Of a stretch of DNA of 64,000 nt, positions 1 to 9,705 are shown piece by piece; position 1 is the stretch's first letter; each line of letters begins with the position of its first letter. The stretch lies in IMG/VR virus record IMGVR_UViG_3300021962_000072, positions 1 to 64,000 of that record, one strand, 5' to 3'. Made by a program: the position numbers and the translations under genes. The DNA comes from an uncultured virus (IMG/VR IMGVR_UViG_3300021962_000072). Its lineage: Duplodnaviria; Heunggongvirae; Uroviricota; Caudoviricetes. Under the pieces are notes generated by a model that did no database searches, had not been told where the DNA came from, and saw only the letters and a list, made by a program, of their open reading frames with translations.

Positions 1-92
1 CATAACAGGAAATAGAAAAAGATTTCTTCGACGATGTAGATATCGTATGCATTCCCGGTGGTATCGGTGATAGTGAAAGTTACAGATATCTA

Positions 93-542
93 ATGAAAGA
101 ACACAAAGACAAGATAAGACAGTTTGTCAGACGAGGTGGAAAGTACCTTGGAATATGCATGGGAGCATACTGGGCTGACAAACACTACTTTGATCTACTG
201 TGCGATATACGTGCGGATCAATACATAACTAGGCCGGGTGCCGACACACGCAGGCCACATGCTAAAAATCAACGAGTATTATGGAAAGGTGAAGAATATA
301 AAATGTTCTTCTACGACGGTTGTGCATTTTACGGAATGGGTTTAGATACAGCTAAGATATGGTCATTATATCCCAACGGTGACCCTATGGCCATAATACA
401 AGGACGTCTAGGATTGATAGGTTGTCATCCGGAAAGTGAACCACACTGGTATAACAGTTGGAGTTGGATGAACGGGAAATACCACAACGGTGAACATCAC
501 AAACTTCTGTTAGAGTTTGTAGATGAGCTTATGAAAAGTTAA
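93..542 (+). CDS. Class I glutamine amidotransferase-like (BPL_N-like) protein; N-terminus uncertain
   Basis: YLGICMGAY nucleophile elbow and HPE motif. The frame is open upstream to nt 6 (includes IPGGIGD), with an in-frame TAA at 3-5. Confidence 0.7.
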   Translation: MKEHKDKIRQFVRRGGKYLGICMGAYWADKHYFDLLCDIRADQYITRPGADTRRPHAKNQRVLWKGEEYKMFFYDGCAFYGMGLDTAKIWSLYPNGDPMAIIQGRLGLIGCHPESEPHWYNSWSWMNGKYHNGEHHKLLLEFVDELMKS

Positions 543-898
543 TTCTTCTTTTCTTCTTTTTCTTTATTCTTTGCGCCGATGTTATCAGCTTCTTCCATTG
601 CATCGTGAAACTTAGCGTTAGCCTTAGCCTCTACGATAGCAGTCTCCATAACGCGGTCTGATTCAATCATTTTACCGCGTATGGTCAACACCGTATTAAC
701 TTTCTGATTTAGACGAATCAGATCGTTGTCTAGCATACGGATACGATCAATTAGTGCTATAAGCACAGTATTGGCGTCACTGATAACGGGCTTAACTTCT
801 TTTGTTGCCCATTCCCAAACATATTTGATAATGAAGCCCATTCCAACTGCCATCACAATCGGAAATCCATACTTATTGACTAACTCTACTACATCCAT
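539..898 (-). CDS. Holin-like membrane protein (N-terminal TM helix plus coiled coil)
   Basis: YGFPIVMAVGMGFII TM segment; paralogous to 1430-1711. Confidence 0.5.
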   Translation of the reverse strand: MDVVELVNKYGFPIVMAVGMGFIIKYVWEWATKEVKPVISDANTVLIALIDRIRMLDNDLIRLNQKVNTVLTIRGKMIESDRVMETAIVEAKANAKFHDAMEEADNIGAKNKEKEEKKN

Positions 899-902
899 GT
901 TC

Positions 903-1103
903 TTATCCTATTAATGGTTTGAAACAATTTACTATAGGTTTAAATGCCCATTCATAGCCTACAACTACACCTATAACAAATCCTATGCCTACTCCGAACA
1001 TTAATGATTTAAACATGTCACGGTCGTGCCATATGGGTTGACGTTTTAAATATTCTTGCATCTGGGGATTAAGGCTATCCCACCATTGCTTATACTTGCT
1101 CAT
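903..1103 (-). CDS. Small hypothetical membrane protein
   Basis: 66 aa, one Gly-rich TM segment, packed in the minus-strand operon. Confidence 0.6.
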   Translation of the reverse strand: MSKYKQWWDSLNPQMQEYLKRQPIWHDRDMFKSLMFGVGIGFVIGVVVGYEWAFKPIVNCFKPLIG

Positions 1104-1287
1104 TGTCTATCGATCCTTTTACGATAAATTTTTCTAGGTCTCCGACTTTGCGCAGCATCTGGCGACCGTTGATATTAACCAACTTGAAATAATCTCCGCC
1201 CTTCCATCCGAGCTTGTCACTGTCGAATTCCTCATCTAAAATGATTCCTTCTTTGTCACAATTCCAGGAGTAGTCTACATACAACAT
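1090..1287 (-). CDS. Hypothetical protein
   Basis: 65 aa ORF overlapping its neighbours in the operon. Confidence 0.6.
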   Translation of the reverse strand: MLYVDYSWNCDKEGIILDEEFDSDKLGWKGGDYFKLVNINGRQMLRKVGDLEKFIVKGSIDNEQV

Positions 1288-1430
1288 TATCTACCCTGTC
1301 CTCTATAGGCTTTGTGCGTTTTTCTTTCAGTCTTGTTCATAGAACTAGTTTTAACTCTGCCGCCCTGTTTTGTTCTTTTTACAACAGAGTTATGTGTCTT
1401 TCCAGATGTGCTACCTTTTGCTTTAGCCAT
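1287..1430 (-). CDS. Small basic protein (47 aa, MAKAKGSTSG...AYRGQGR), not in the ORF track
   Basis: Translated by hand; fills the gap exactly with 1-nt stop/start overlaps on both sides; K/R-rich. Confidence 0.7.
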   Translation of the reverse strand: MAKAKGSTSGKTHNSVVKRTKQGGRVKTSSMNKTERKTHKAYRGQGR

Positions 1431-1711
1431 TAGTCTCTCCTTGCGTCATTTTTACCGTCTGCACGAGCAATACGGTCTACGTCTGGTCTTAAACCCAGTG
1501 CGTTACTAACTATCGTATCGATACGAACAACATCGTGATTCATTGTTTTGACACGATTATCGAGAGCAGTGATGATCCCGGCCATTCCTTTGATGCTGCC
1601 TAAAACGCCCTGTAGCAAAAGTTTGATGGTCAAGTAAACGAAGTAACCGCCGGCTAATGCAGCAGCTACAGGAAATCCTAGATCTCCGATTATTTTGAAA
1701 ACTTCATTCAT
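1430..1711 (-). CDS. Holin-like membrane protein, paralog of 539-898
   Basis: LGFPVAAALAGGYFV TM segment; LDNRVKTMNHDVVRID resembles LIDRIRMLDNDLIRLN of the paralog. Confidence 0.5.
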   Translation of the reverse strand: MNEVFKIIGDLGFPVAAALAGGYFVYLTIKLLLQGVLGSIKGMAGIITALDNRVKTMNHDVVRIDTIVSNALGLRPDVDRIARADGKNDARRD

Positions 1712-1748
1712 TCGCTCCCGCTCCTAACTTATATGTGTATTTAACTAC

Positions 1749-1777
1749 TTGACACTCAAATTATCAGGCTATATAAT
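1749..1777 (+). promoter_or_regulatory. Sigma70-type promoter
   Basis: TTGACA-17 nt-TATAAT, perfect consensus. Confidence 0.8.
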
Positions 1778-1802
1778 ATACGTATATTTCTATAAATTCA
1801 TT

Positions 1803-2606
1803 ATGCGAATCAAACTAGTATCAGACCTACATTTGGAGTTTTCGGATATCAATATCCAAAATGACCAAAACTACGATGTGCTTATTCTGAGCGGTGATAT
1901 CCTTGTGGCTAGTAAAGTACTGAAACCTGAAAGCGAATACGGTATTCGTTTCCGTGACTTCTTGAAGCGTGTGAGCTTTCAATTCCCGCATGTGATCTAT
2001 ATTGCTGGCAATCACGAGTTCTACGACAGCGGTCGATTCTTTGACAGCATCGATTGGTTACGTGCTGCCTGCGGGGTTCACGACAATATCTATTTCTTAG
2101 AAAGGGATGTTAAGGTAATAGACGATGTTACATTCATCGGTGCTACTCTATGGACTGATCTTAACCGAGGTGATCCATTGACCATGCATTTTATACGAGA
2201 TCGCATGAATGACTATCGTGCCATTAGGAATGACAAAAAAGGTTTTGTTAACTTAAAGCCCGCCGACACATACGAACGTCATATTAACACTAAGCAATAC
2301 ATCGAAACTGTATTGAAAGAAAACAAAGATAAGAAGTGTGTGGTAGTTACACATCACGCTCCTACCTATCAGAGTGTAAGCGAATACTACAGGCCAGATC
2401 ATTTAATGAATGGTGCATACTACAGTGAGCTCACGGATCTCATATTAGATCATCCACAGATAGTGCTGTGGACACACGGGCATATGCATCAGCCGTTTGA
2501 TTACCTAGTCGGTACTACTCGAGTTGTCTGCAATCCTAGAGGTTACGAAAGCGCAACCTACAGCGAACAAACAGGCTGGGATCCAAATATCTTAATCGAA
2601 GTGTAA
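1803..2606 (+). CDS. Calcineurin-like metallophosphoesterase
   Basis: DLH, GD, GNHE, HH and HGHMH motifs; ATG at 1803 preferred over the TTG inside the promoter. Confidence 0.9.
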   Translation: MRIKLVSDLHLEFSDINIQNDQNYDVLILSGDILVASKVLKPESEYGIRFRDFLKRVSFQFPHVIYIAGNHEFYDSGRFFDSIDWLRAACGVHDNIYFLERDVKVIDDVTFIGATLWTDLNRGDPLTMHFIRDRMNDYRAIRNDKKGFVNLKPADTYERHINTKQYIETVLKENKDKKCVVVTHHAPTYQSVSEYYRPDHLMNGAYYSELTDLILDHPQIVLWTHGHMHQPFDYLVGTTRVVCNPRGYESATYSEQTGWDPNILIEV

Positions 2607-2637
2607 ATACATCTACACTTTGATTAAGGATTGGCCG

Positions 2638-3456
2638 ATGATTAGAATTTTATTATCTATGCTGTTATTCTTTTGCATAAACTCCTATGCGAAATCACAA
2701 CCACATACTGTTTATCTTTATAACATCACTAAGCAAGAATCGGTGATCGCAAATCATATAGACGATGTAAGGCCAATCGCTAGCATTACTAAATTGATGA
2801 CTGCTGTAGTGTCTTTAGATTATACCCGAGACATGAACGAGAGACTTATGCTCAGTCGTAAAGCAGGCAGCAGTCTACCCAGGCAAAAATATCCCAGAGG
2901 AGATATTCTAAATGCTATGTTAGTTAGATCTGACAATGGCAGCGCAGAAACTATAGCAGAGCACTATCCCGGAGGCAGAGAAGAATTCTTATCGGCTATG
3001 AATAGCAAAGCTCGTGAGATAGGAATGACGGAAACACACTTCGATGATCCAACGGGATTACTAGCCACTAACATCAGTACAGCTAAAGATCTTTCGATAC
3101 TGCTAAAGTATGCATTAAGATACGAACATATTAAAAAAATCAGTATTAAAAAACACACTATAGTTGAAGTTCAATATAAAAAGAAAATACGTAAGATTAA
3201 TCTTAACAATACTAATAGTCCAATACTTTTTGAGTTTGATAATGTCCTAGTAACAAAGACTGGTTACACATCTAAAGCCGGTAAGTGTATTGCAATGGTG
3301 GTTGAAAAGGGAAATCAAAAATACACTATTGTTATATTAGGAGCCAAAACAGTAGCACAACGTATTGACTTAATTAAAGACTTAATGTATAATCACCTTA
3401 ATGATGATGAGATAATAATCGAAGCCGAACCACCACCATTAGGTAATCCAATATGA
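2638..3456 (+). CDS. Peptidase S11 (D-Ala-D-Ala carboxy/endopeptidase, PbpG-like) with signal peptide
   Basis: SxxK (SITK), SDN and KTG motifs; hydrophobic N-terminus; AAGGA RBS. Confidence 0.9.
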   Translation: MIRILLSMLLFFCINSYAKSQPHTVYLYNITKQESVIANHIDDVRPIASITKLMTAVVSLDYTRDMNERLMLSRKAGSSLPRQKYPRGDILNAMLVRSDNGSAETIAEHYPGGREEFLSAMNSKAREIGMTETHFDDPTGLLATNISTAKDLSILLKYALRYEHIKKISIKKHTIVEVQYKKKIRKINLNNTNSPILFEFDNVLVTKTGYTSKAGKCIAMVVEKGNQKYTIVILGAKTVAQRIDLIKDLMYNHLNDDEIIIEAEPPPLGNPI

Positions 3457-3920
3457 CCAATGATAAACTGATAGAAGAAATCAAAGGAATCCGCCGAATA
3501 GTCATTAACAAATGCCACGGCGGATTTGGTTTGAGTAACGAAGCTGTTCTTAGATACCTAGAACTTTCAGGTACAAGAGTTTGGCCCGAAGCTAATGAGA
3601 AGTTTGGGGGTATAATTCCTTTTACATACTTTTTGGTTCCTCCGGAAGAACGTATACCTGGAGATCCGGACAACTGGCACGACATGACATTAGCTGAACG
3701 TGCTGCCCACAATGCTGCATACAGCAAGACAGTTTTTTACGATCGAGAAGTAGCTCGCGACGATCCTTATCTTGTTAAGGTAGTTCAAGAATTGGGAGAA
3801 CAAGCCAATGGAGATCATGCAAATCTAAGAGTTGTAGAAGTTCCTGCAGATGTTGATTGGATCGTAGAAGAATATGACGGACTCGAATGGATCGCTGAGA
3901 GACATAGGACATGGGATTAG
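3453..3920 (+). CDS. Phage hypothetical protein
   Basis: 155 aa with VINKCHGGFGLS and EYDGLEWIAE motifs; ATGA overlap. Confidence 0.75.
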   Translation: MTNDKLIEEIKGIRRIVINKCHGGFGLSNEAVLRYLELSGTRVWPEANEKFGGIIPFTYFLVPPEERIPGDPDNWHDMTLAERAAHNAAYSKTVFYDREVARDDPYLVKVVQELGEQANGDHANLRVVEVPADVDWIVEEYDGLEWIAERHRTWD

Positions 3921-4174
3921 GCAAAGGTTTGAAGGTTGGTAGTGTGAGCGAGATCTTGGCAACAAGAGCTCGCGCCACCTTCTCTCATCGTATTAACTTT
4001 GATAATGTAGCATATCTCAATCTTGATGAGATGAAGTGGTGGTGCGAAGAAAACTGTCAAGATCTTTGGCGAGCAGAAACTACCCACGCACTGTATTGGC
4101 AGTTTGCCAATGAGAAAGATGCTATGATGTTTATGCTACGTTGGGGTAGCGCAGAAGGGAACAAATTAAAATGA
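3911..4174 (+). CDS. Small protein, tandem paralog family (F..E.DA..F.LRW)
   Basis: Shares the C-terminal motif with neighbouring ORFs. Confidence 0.7.
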   Translation: MGLGKGLKVGSVSEILATRARATFSHRINFDNVAYLNLDEMKWWCEENCQDLWRAETTHALYWQFANEKDAMMFMLRWGSAEGNKLK

Positions 4175-4377
4175 TTGCCGTTGAATTTGGAAAAGACCGT
4201 TATCATCTACAAGAAGAAATGATCAAATGGTGTCGTACTACCCTTGGCAAGGGCGGCTGGGCTGCTAACTTAGAATTAAGTGACAATAACTGGTCAGTGG
4301 ATAGTATGTTCGGTAATACCTTCTTTAAATTTAAAGAAAGCAAAGATGCCGTGTTATTTCAATTGAGGTGGGCATGA
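4171..4377 (+). CDS. Small protein, tandem paralog family
   Basis: FKESKDAVLFQLRW. Confidence 0.7.
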   Translation: MIAVEFGKDRYHLQEEMIKWCRTTLGKGGWAANLELSDNNWSVDSMFGNTFFKFKESKDAVLFQLRWA

Positions 4378-4378
4378 T

Positions 4379-4678
4379 ATGAAAAAGAAAAAACTATTAA
4401 CAGATCGCTCCGGAGACCTGCAGGAAAAAATGCTAGAAGAATCAGCTAAGGCGATGGCTAATGATATTGATAGAGAAGTACTGTGGGGTATGCTCGAGGG
4501 TATAGGATGGACTAGAGCAGGATGTTATCCTCGAGCACATTTCGTTACTGCTGACAGGATCAAAGAAATACACGATTGGGTTAAAAATAACGCCAAGGGT
4601 CATTACGAAAATCATCATACAGATTTTATATTTGAAAATTCACAAGACGCAGTAAATTTTATATTGAGATGGAAGTAA
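4379..4678 (+). CDS. Small protein, tandem paralog family
   Basis: FENSQDAVNFILRW. Confidence 0.7.
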   Translation: MKKKKLLTDRSGDLQEKMLEESAKAMANDIDREVLWGMLEGIGWTRAGCYPRAHFVTADRIKEIHDWVKNNAKGHYENHHTDFIFENSQDAVNFILRWK

Positions 4679-4709
4679 GAATACGCTGAATTATTTGATA
4701 TATTAACTT

Positions 4710-5108
4710 ATGGCGATCAAGAAAAAAATACAGTGGCCTGATGCTAGAGATTTTACTGCTCAAATAAATCAGCAGTTGGCGGATAGTTACTTCCAATACC
4801 ACTCTCCCTTCACTCACAAGCCCCCACGCCATAAGTACAACATCGTAGGAGATCGTGTGGAAGAATGTAAAGAATTTGTAGTTCACTCATTCCAAATGGG
4901 TGATGTTGAAGATCCTGATCTTTATGCAGCTGAACCTTTATGGAAATGGCAAAACAGTGACATAGGCCAATGGGTAATGAAGAATGCCGCAGATACTCCT
5001 ACCTGGCATAGAATGGCCGATGCAGTTACCTATGGATATCGATATCAGATACGTGCTAAGTTTATGGGTCCAGCACTAACTGAATACCTTCTTAGAAGCA
5101 GTAAATGA
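4710..5108 (+). CDS. Phage hypothetical protein
   Basis: 132 aa, DVEDPDLYAAEPL motif, operon packing. Confidence 0.7.
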   Translation: MAIKKKIQWPDARDFTAQINQQLADSYFQYHSPFTHKPPRHKYNIVGDRVEECKEFVVHSFQMGDVEDPDLYAAEPLWKWQNSDIGQWVMKNAADTPTWHRMADAVTYGYRYQIRAKFMGPALTEYLLRSSK

Positions 5109-5368
5109 CAGACGGTAAACAAGTAATGGAAAAAATAGCACACAAAAAAATTGGTGCTATGATGATGGAAAATGATAAGTTGATGCAGATACTGCAAGAC
5201 TATCATATAGTGAGGTTAGAACAGGACGACGACTTCAATGATAAATTATCCTGGTGCATGGAACACTGTCAACAGAAATTCCGTGACATAAGAGAAGATG
5301 ATTGCCGTGCTTGGTATTTTCAAAACGAACAAGATGCTACAATGTTTGCATTGAAATGGAGTAAATGA
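5105..5368 (+). CDS. Small protein, tandem paralog family
   Basis: FQNEQDATMFALKW. Confidence 0.7.
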   Translation: MTDGKQVMEKIAHKKIGAMMMENDKLMQILQDYHIVRLEQDDDFNDKLSWCMEHCQQKFRDIREDDCRAWYFQNEQDATMFALKWSK

Positions 5369-5637
5369 TGTATGTATATTCGGATGATTGGAAGAAATTC
5401 AAACCTCCTGATGAAGTGTTACAGCAATGTTATCAAATATTGATAACGGACGACGAATCAAAACGTGCAGGAATGCCATTCTGGAAAATAAAGAAATGGT
5501 GTTTAGAACATACAGAAAGCTTTGTTTGGATGGATGTTACTGATGTTAGCGACGCTAGCTATCATTGGGATGAAATCGCTGCCTATTATTTTCTTAAAGA
5601 ATCAGATAAGATGTTGGTTGCATTAAAATTTAAATGA
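5365..5637 (+). CDS. Small protein, tandem paralog family
   Basis: FLKESDKMLVALKF. Confidence 0.65.
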   Translation: MMYVYSDDWKKFKPPDEVLQQCYQILITDDESKRAGMPFWKIKKWCLEHTESFVWMDVTDVSDASYHWDEIAAYYFLKESDKMLVALKFK

Positions 5638-5664
5638 TGTTATAGTTATTGAAGTTAACAACAT

Positions 5665-6123
5665 TTGGATTCAATGATGTACGACGAAGATCAATACGAA
5701 GCATTTGCTAAAGAAATGGAAACACGACATCCTGAGATGTTTAAAAATGCCTACGGTGGATTTGCTGTAGGTGCAGGATGGTGGCCTATCCTACAAGAAC
5801 TCTGTAGGCAAATAGATTCTTATACACAATGGCGCAATAAAACACGCGAGTCATTGCTCAAAGACAACCCTCACGATCATCCCATCCCTGATGCAGTTCC
5901 TCAGGTAACTGTTGCACAGATCAAAGAGAAGTTCGGCGGTTTGCGTTTTTACTACGACGGTGGGGACGAACATATTAGCGGAATGGTGCGTATGGCAGAA
6001 ATATGGGCCGGTCACTCTTGTGAAGAATGTGGTAAGCCGGGCAAACAACGCAGTGGCGGATGGATTAAAACTTTGTGTGATGAACACGAAATCGCACGTC
6101 AACAGAAGTATAGGAATCAATAA
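5665..6123 (+). CDS. Phage hypothetical protein with a C-terminal Cys/His zinc-binding motif
   Basis: QIKEKFGGLRFY and CEECG...LCDEH; upstream TTGCAT-17-TATAGT promoter at 5618-5646. Confidence 0.75.
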   Translation: MDSMMYDEDQYEAFAKEMETRHPEMFKNAYGGFAVGAGWWPILQELCRQIDSYTQWRNKTRESLLKDNPHDHPIPDAVPQVTVAQIKEKFGGLRFYYDGGDEHISGMVRMAEIWAGHSCEECGKPGKQRSGGWIKTLCDEHEIARQQKYRNQ

Positions 6124-6524
6124 TGAAGATCGGTTTTAGTCTTGGTCGTTGCATCCGTGACATTGTCAACGAAGAAGTTTCTGTTGACGATGTTGCATTC
6201 CTTATCACTGCTACAAACATTAAAACTGAAGAACAAATAGACAATGTGATCAGTGTCTACATGGGAGAACCAGGATATCTCTTAGGATTAGATTTTGAAA
6301 AGTGTAAAGAAGTAGCACATATACTGTGGGATAGTAATAGAATTATTCAACCTCGAGCCCAAGGTATGCATCGTCATATGCAACCCGAAAGCTCAATTTG
6401 GGTCGACATGTTTCCCACGACACTGAGTGAAAATGAATCTGTTAAGAAATCCTGGGATGCTTATAGATTTATGTTGCACATGGTAGAGAATGTCGACACC
6501 GAATCAATGGAGGCATTTAAGTGA
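6123..6524 (+). CDS. Hypothetical protein
   Basis: 133 aa, TAATG coupling. Confidence 0.7.
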   Translation: MKIGFSLGRCIRDIVNEEVSVDDVAFLITATNIKTEEQIDNVISVYMGEPGYLLGLDFEKCKEVAHILWDSNRIIQPRAQGMHRHMQPESSIWVDMFPTTLSENESVKKSWDAYRFMLHMVENVDTESMEAFK

Positions 6525-6814
6525 TCAGTTTTAGTTTTAACATACGCAATCCCTGGAGTGATCGTTGGGAATGTATTAAGACCTGGGCAGGTGACACTCC
6601 CTTCAAGAATAAGTTTTGGGAAGCACAAGTCGACCGTACCAGCGATGTGATAGGTTTGGAATTCCGATACACCATCCGACAAGACCATGCAGGACTGTAT
6701 GTGTCTTTAGCATTATTTGGTTATGACGTAATTTTTAACATCTATGATAGTCGCCACTGGAATGATGAAGCTGGTCGCTATTATATCTACAACGAAGAAA
6801 AGGAAATGCATTAA
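6521..6814 (+). CDS. Hypothetical protein
   Basis: 97 aa, overlaps its upstream neighbour. Confidence 0.65.
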   Translation: MISFSFNIRNPWSDRWECIKTWAGDTPFKNKFWEAQVDRTSDVIGLEFRYTIRQDHAGLYVSLALFGYDVIFNIYDSRHWNDEAGRYYIYNEEKEMH

Positions 6815-7048
6815 ATGAGTATCGAACAATCATCAGTGTTTTTAGCAGGCAGCATCTTAACTATGTTAGGATTTATTGTTCTTGTTATCGGTATCGTAGT
6901 AATTAATAACATACTATCTAAATACTGGAAACCTGTAAAATTGTTTACTCCTGATAGTTGGAAGGCATTTAACCCTCCGCCTCACGAGTATGCAGATAAG
7001 ATTTCTCCATCGTTTGAAGAATCTACAAAGGAAGTTAACAAGAAATGA
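6815..7048 (+). CDS. Small membrane protein
   Basis: One N-terminal TM helix. Confidence 0.65.
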   Translation: MSIEQSSVFLAGSILTMLGFIVLVIGIVVINNILSKYWKPVKLFTPDSWKAFNPPPHEYADKISPSFEESTKEVNKK

Positions 7049-7416
7049 CATCACTAGACATCATCCTTGTATTATCTCTTTTAGGAATCAAACACTTTTT
7101 TGCTGACTTTGTTTGGCAGTTTGATTACATGGTCCGTGAAAAAGGTTATTACGGACAACGGGGAGGCATCGATCATAGTCTAATCCACGCTGTACTTACA
7201 TTGTTTGTTTTAGTTCCATTTGCAGGAACCTTTGACGCCTTTATTCTAGCTATGCTAGATGGCATAGTTCACTATCACATTGATTGGGCCAAGATGACCA
7301 TTAATCGAAACAAAGACCTATCTCCTGAAGATAGAGAATTTTGGATTTGGTTAGGCTTAGATCAAATGGCACACTTTTTAACTTACGTAGGCGTTGTTGC
7401 AATTCTAATCCTTTGA
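7045..7416 (+). CDS. DUF3307-like membrane protein
   Basis: KHFFADF, H..IH, HYHIDWAK and GLDQMAH motifs. Confidence 0.75.
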   Translation: MTSLDIILVLSLLGIKHFFADFVWQFDYMVREKGYYGQRGGIDHSLIHAVLTLFVLVPFAGTFDAFILAMLDGIVHYHIDWAKMTINRNKDLSPEDREFWIWLGLDQMAHFLTYVGVVAILIL

Positions 7417-7431
7417 CAGTATAATAATGTC

Positions 7432-7893
7432 ATGAAAAAGATTTTCTACGAAAAGAAAGGTCGCAGATATGTTCCAGTAATGGAATATGACAATGATCTT
7501 TTGGACAGCTTCACTAAAGGTACTCATCTAGTGCAGGTGTACCCGGGTGGCAGTAGTAGAAGGTATAATATTGATCCTGCATATGCTCCAATGATAGCCG
7601 CAGGTCGTGTAGCCGAAGATGCTATCAGCACTGCTGTAATGAAAGCTACAGAAGTGCGACCGAAGCGTAAGGCTATGACTCAGGAAGAAATTGATGCTTG
7701 GAACAACCTCATAGAAGTTTGGGGTGAAGAAGCTCGTAGTCTTATCCGGCCCTGTGCTCGGGATGTTGCCGAAGCAGGGGTCAAGGCAATGATGGAAGAA
7801 GCAGAAAAGCTTTTAGAACACGAAGGTGTTCGCAAGGCATACGATCATTTTATTTTGATGTGTGAACTTACTAAGGAGCAAGAACGTGTTTAA
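7432..7893 (+). CDS. Hypothetical protein
   Basis: 153 aa ORF. Confidence 0.7.
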   Translation: MKKIFYEKKGRRYVPVMEYDNDLLDSFTKGTHLVQVYPGGSSRRYNIDPAYAPMIAAGRVAEDAISTAVMKATEVRPKRKAMTQEEIDAWNNLIEVWGEEARSLIRPCARDVAEAGVKAMMEEAEKLLEHEGVRKAYDHFILMCELTKEQERV

Positions 7894-8152
7894 GGAAATC
7901 GTTAATTTCGTACAGTGGCAGTGGAACAAGTACGAATTCTGGCAAAAATGTTTTGTTGCCAGTTCTGCCTTTTTCGGTGCTGCTCTTGTTGCGCCTGCAC
8001 CCTACGGACAGTATCTTTCTTTTGTGCCAATGTGCGTAATATTTTCATTTATGACCAAGTGGCTAGTTTGGGACGGAGCCAAGGCTCAGTGGAAGAAATA
8101 CAAAGAAGAGAAAGAAAACCTTTTTACAACTATCAAAGAAAGTGACAAATGA
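7886..8152 (+). CDS. Small membrane protein
   Basis: GTG start after AAGGAG; two hydrophobic segments. Confidence 0.6.
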   Translation: MFKEIVNFVQWQWNKYEFWQKCFVASSAFFGAALVAPAPYGQYLSFVPMCVIFSFMTKWLVWDGAKAQWKKYKEEKENLFTTIKESDK

Positions 8153-8748
8153 TTAGTATCAAACAATGGATGGAAATCTGCAACTATCGCATAACTGAAG
8201 GTAGCGATTATCAGTGGCAGTGCTTTGGATATAATGCATACCGCCTAGACAGCTGGAACGGTGATCAGGAAGGTCACACTATCAGTATCCTCTTTGATAC
8301 TAAGACGCAAGAGGTATATCAGGTAGAAGCATTTGACTATGCTCGCGAACGTGCATATCGTATGACCAACCCCGATTACAAAAAAGAATTTGACAGTGAG
8401 TGTGAAGATCGCGAAATCTTAGATTGTGCCTGGGAACGAGATGATGGTACTCCTGTAAACTATGTCGATCTAGATGTGGATGAAGATTTTATAGAAAAAG
8501 CAACAGCTATTATTAACGATGAAGATTACGATACTCGTGTTAGAGTACCAGTAGACTTCACAGACGACGAACTTTTGACTTACATGAAAATGGCACACGA
8601 CCGTGACATGACATTTAATCAATTTGTAGAAGAAGCGTTAAGAGCTACAATCGAACAGTATCGAGATGAACAAGAGTTAATCAACGAACTCGAGATTGAA
8701 GAGACAGTAGAAAAAAACAAAAAACGTAAAAAAGGAAAAAACAAATGA
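8149..8748 (+). CDS. Hypothetical protein with a possible C-terminal ribbon-helix-helix-like segment
   Basis: VPVDFTDDELLTYMKMAHDRDMTFNQFVEEAL resembles the RHH pattern. Confidence 0.6.
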   Translation: MISIKQWMEICNYRITEGSDYQWQCFGYNAYRLDSWNGDQEGHTISILFDTKTQEVYQVEAFDYARERAYRMTNPDYKKEFDSECEDREILDCAWERDDGTPVNYVDLDVDEDFIEKATAIINDEDYDTRVRVPVDFTDDELLTYMKMAHDRDMTFNQFVEEALRATIEQYRDEQELINELEIEETVEKNKKRKKGKNK

Positions 8749-9032
8749 CCACAATGATTTGGAAGATGCCTGTTAGGCAAGAACCCGTAGTTCAAGTACA
8801 CGTACCTAAAGGCGCTGTGTTTATCTCTGCTGATTTCCAGGGAGACGAGATCTATACCTATGCTATCGTAGAGGCAGAATCTCAGGATACTGAAAATCGT
8901 ACTTTTAAAGTCGCTAAAACAAATGAAGCTATCGACCTTAATGGACATTGGTTATTCGTAGCCACTTGCCAAAAAGGTGAAGAAGAATTCCATCTGTTCG
9001 TAGACGACACACGAATGAAAGACCCAGAATAA
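8745..9032 (+). CDS. Hypothetical protein
   Basis: 95 aa ORF. Confidence 0.65.
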   Translation: MTTMIWKMPVRQEPVVQVHVPKGAVFISADFQGDEIYTYAIVEAESQDTENRTFKVAKTNEAIDLNGHWLFVATCQKGEEEFHLFVDDTRMKDPE

Positions 9033-9106
9033 TTAAACTTTGGTTATTGGCGGTAGTGCTAATGTTAACGTAGAAAAATAATAGACTATATTTCAAAGGT
9101 GGATAA

Positions 9107-9232
9107 ATGGTATTCGAAGTAGTGTTGTGGGGATTTTTATCAGCGTTCGGGTGGTGGGGTGCTCAACACTATGTTATTGAACCCTACTTTCCTCCTCCGA
9201 TAGAAAAGAAAACAGATAAGAAGGCAGAATGA
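9107..9232 (+). CDS. 41-aa membrane peptide (MVFEVVLWGFLSAFGWWGAQH...), not in the ORF track
   Basis: AGGTGG RBS; ATGA overlap with the next gene. Confidence 0.6.
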   Translation: MVFEVVLWGFLSAFGWWGAQHYVIEPYFPPPIEKKTDKKAE

Positions 9233-9705
9233 AACTATTTGGACGCACAGGCGGTTACTGGTTGTTCTGGACAGGAGTCATTTACCTTGTATTTGGCTTA
9301 CCTGTTGCCTTATACTTCAAAGACATACCAACACCACTGATACAACTAGTTTGGTTAGTGGCGCTGGCCCTGCCTTTTGCGATTCCACCATTTGGCCGTT
9401 GGCTTAACTTAGATGTAGAATGGGATAGAAAAATGTTAGATTGGCTTAAGAAAAAACCTAGCAATGTAATTCCGTTTCCTGAACAAAAGGAAACCACAGA
9501 GTACGGTGGTGGGAGTTACGTGCCCCCAGAACCAAAGAAACCTCCTGTAACCTACTACACTCTAGGAATGACCAGTGAGAATCGTGTAGAATTCAAAATG
9601 GGTTACAGCGCCATTACAATGAATCATGACGGGCTGGTTAACTTAATGGAACAACTCGAAGTCTTTCGCAAACAACTCGCTGAATATGAGGGTATTGAAG
9701 AATGA
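9229..9705 (+). CDS. Membrane protein
   Basis: Two TM helices followed by a soluble tail. Confidence 0.65.
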   Translation: MKLFGRTGGYWLFWTGVIYLVFGLPVALYFKDIPTPLIQLVWLVALALPFAIPPFGRWLNLDVEWDRKMLDWLKKKPSNVIPFPEQKETTEYGGGSYVPPEPKKPPVTYYTLGMTSENRVEFKMGYSAITMNHDGLVNLMEQLEVFRKQLAEYEGIEE

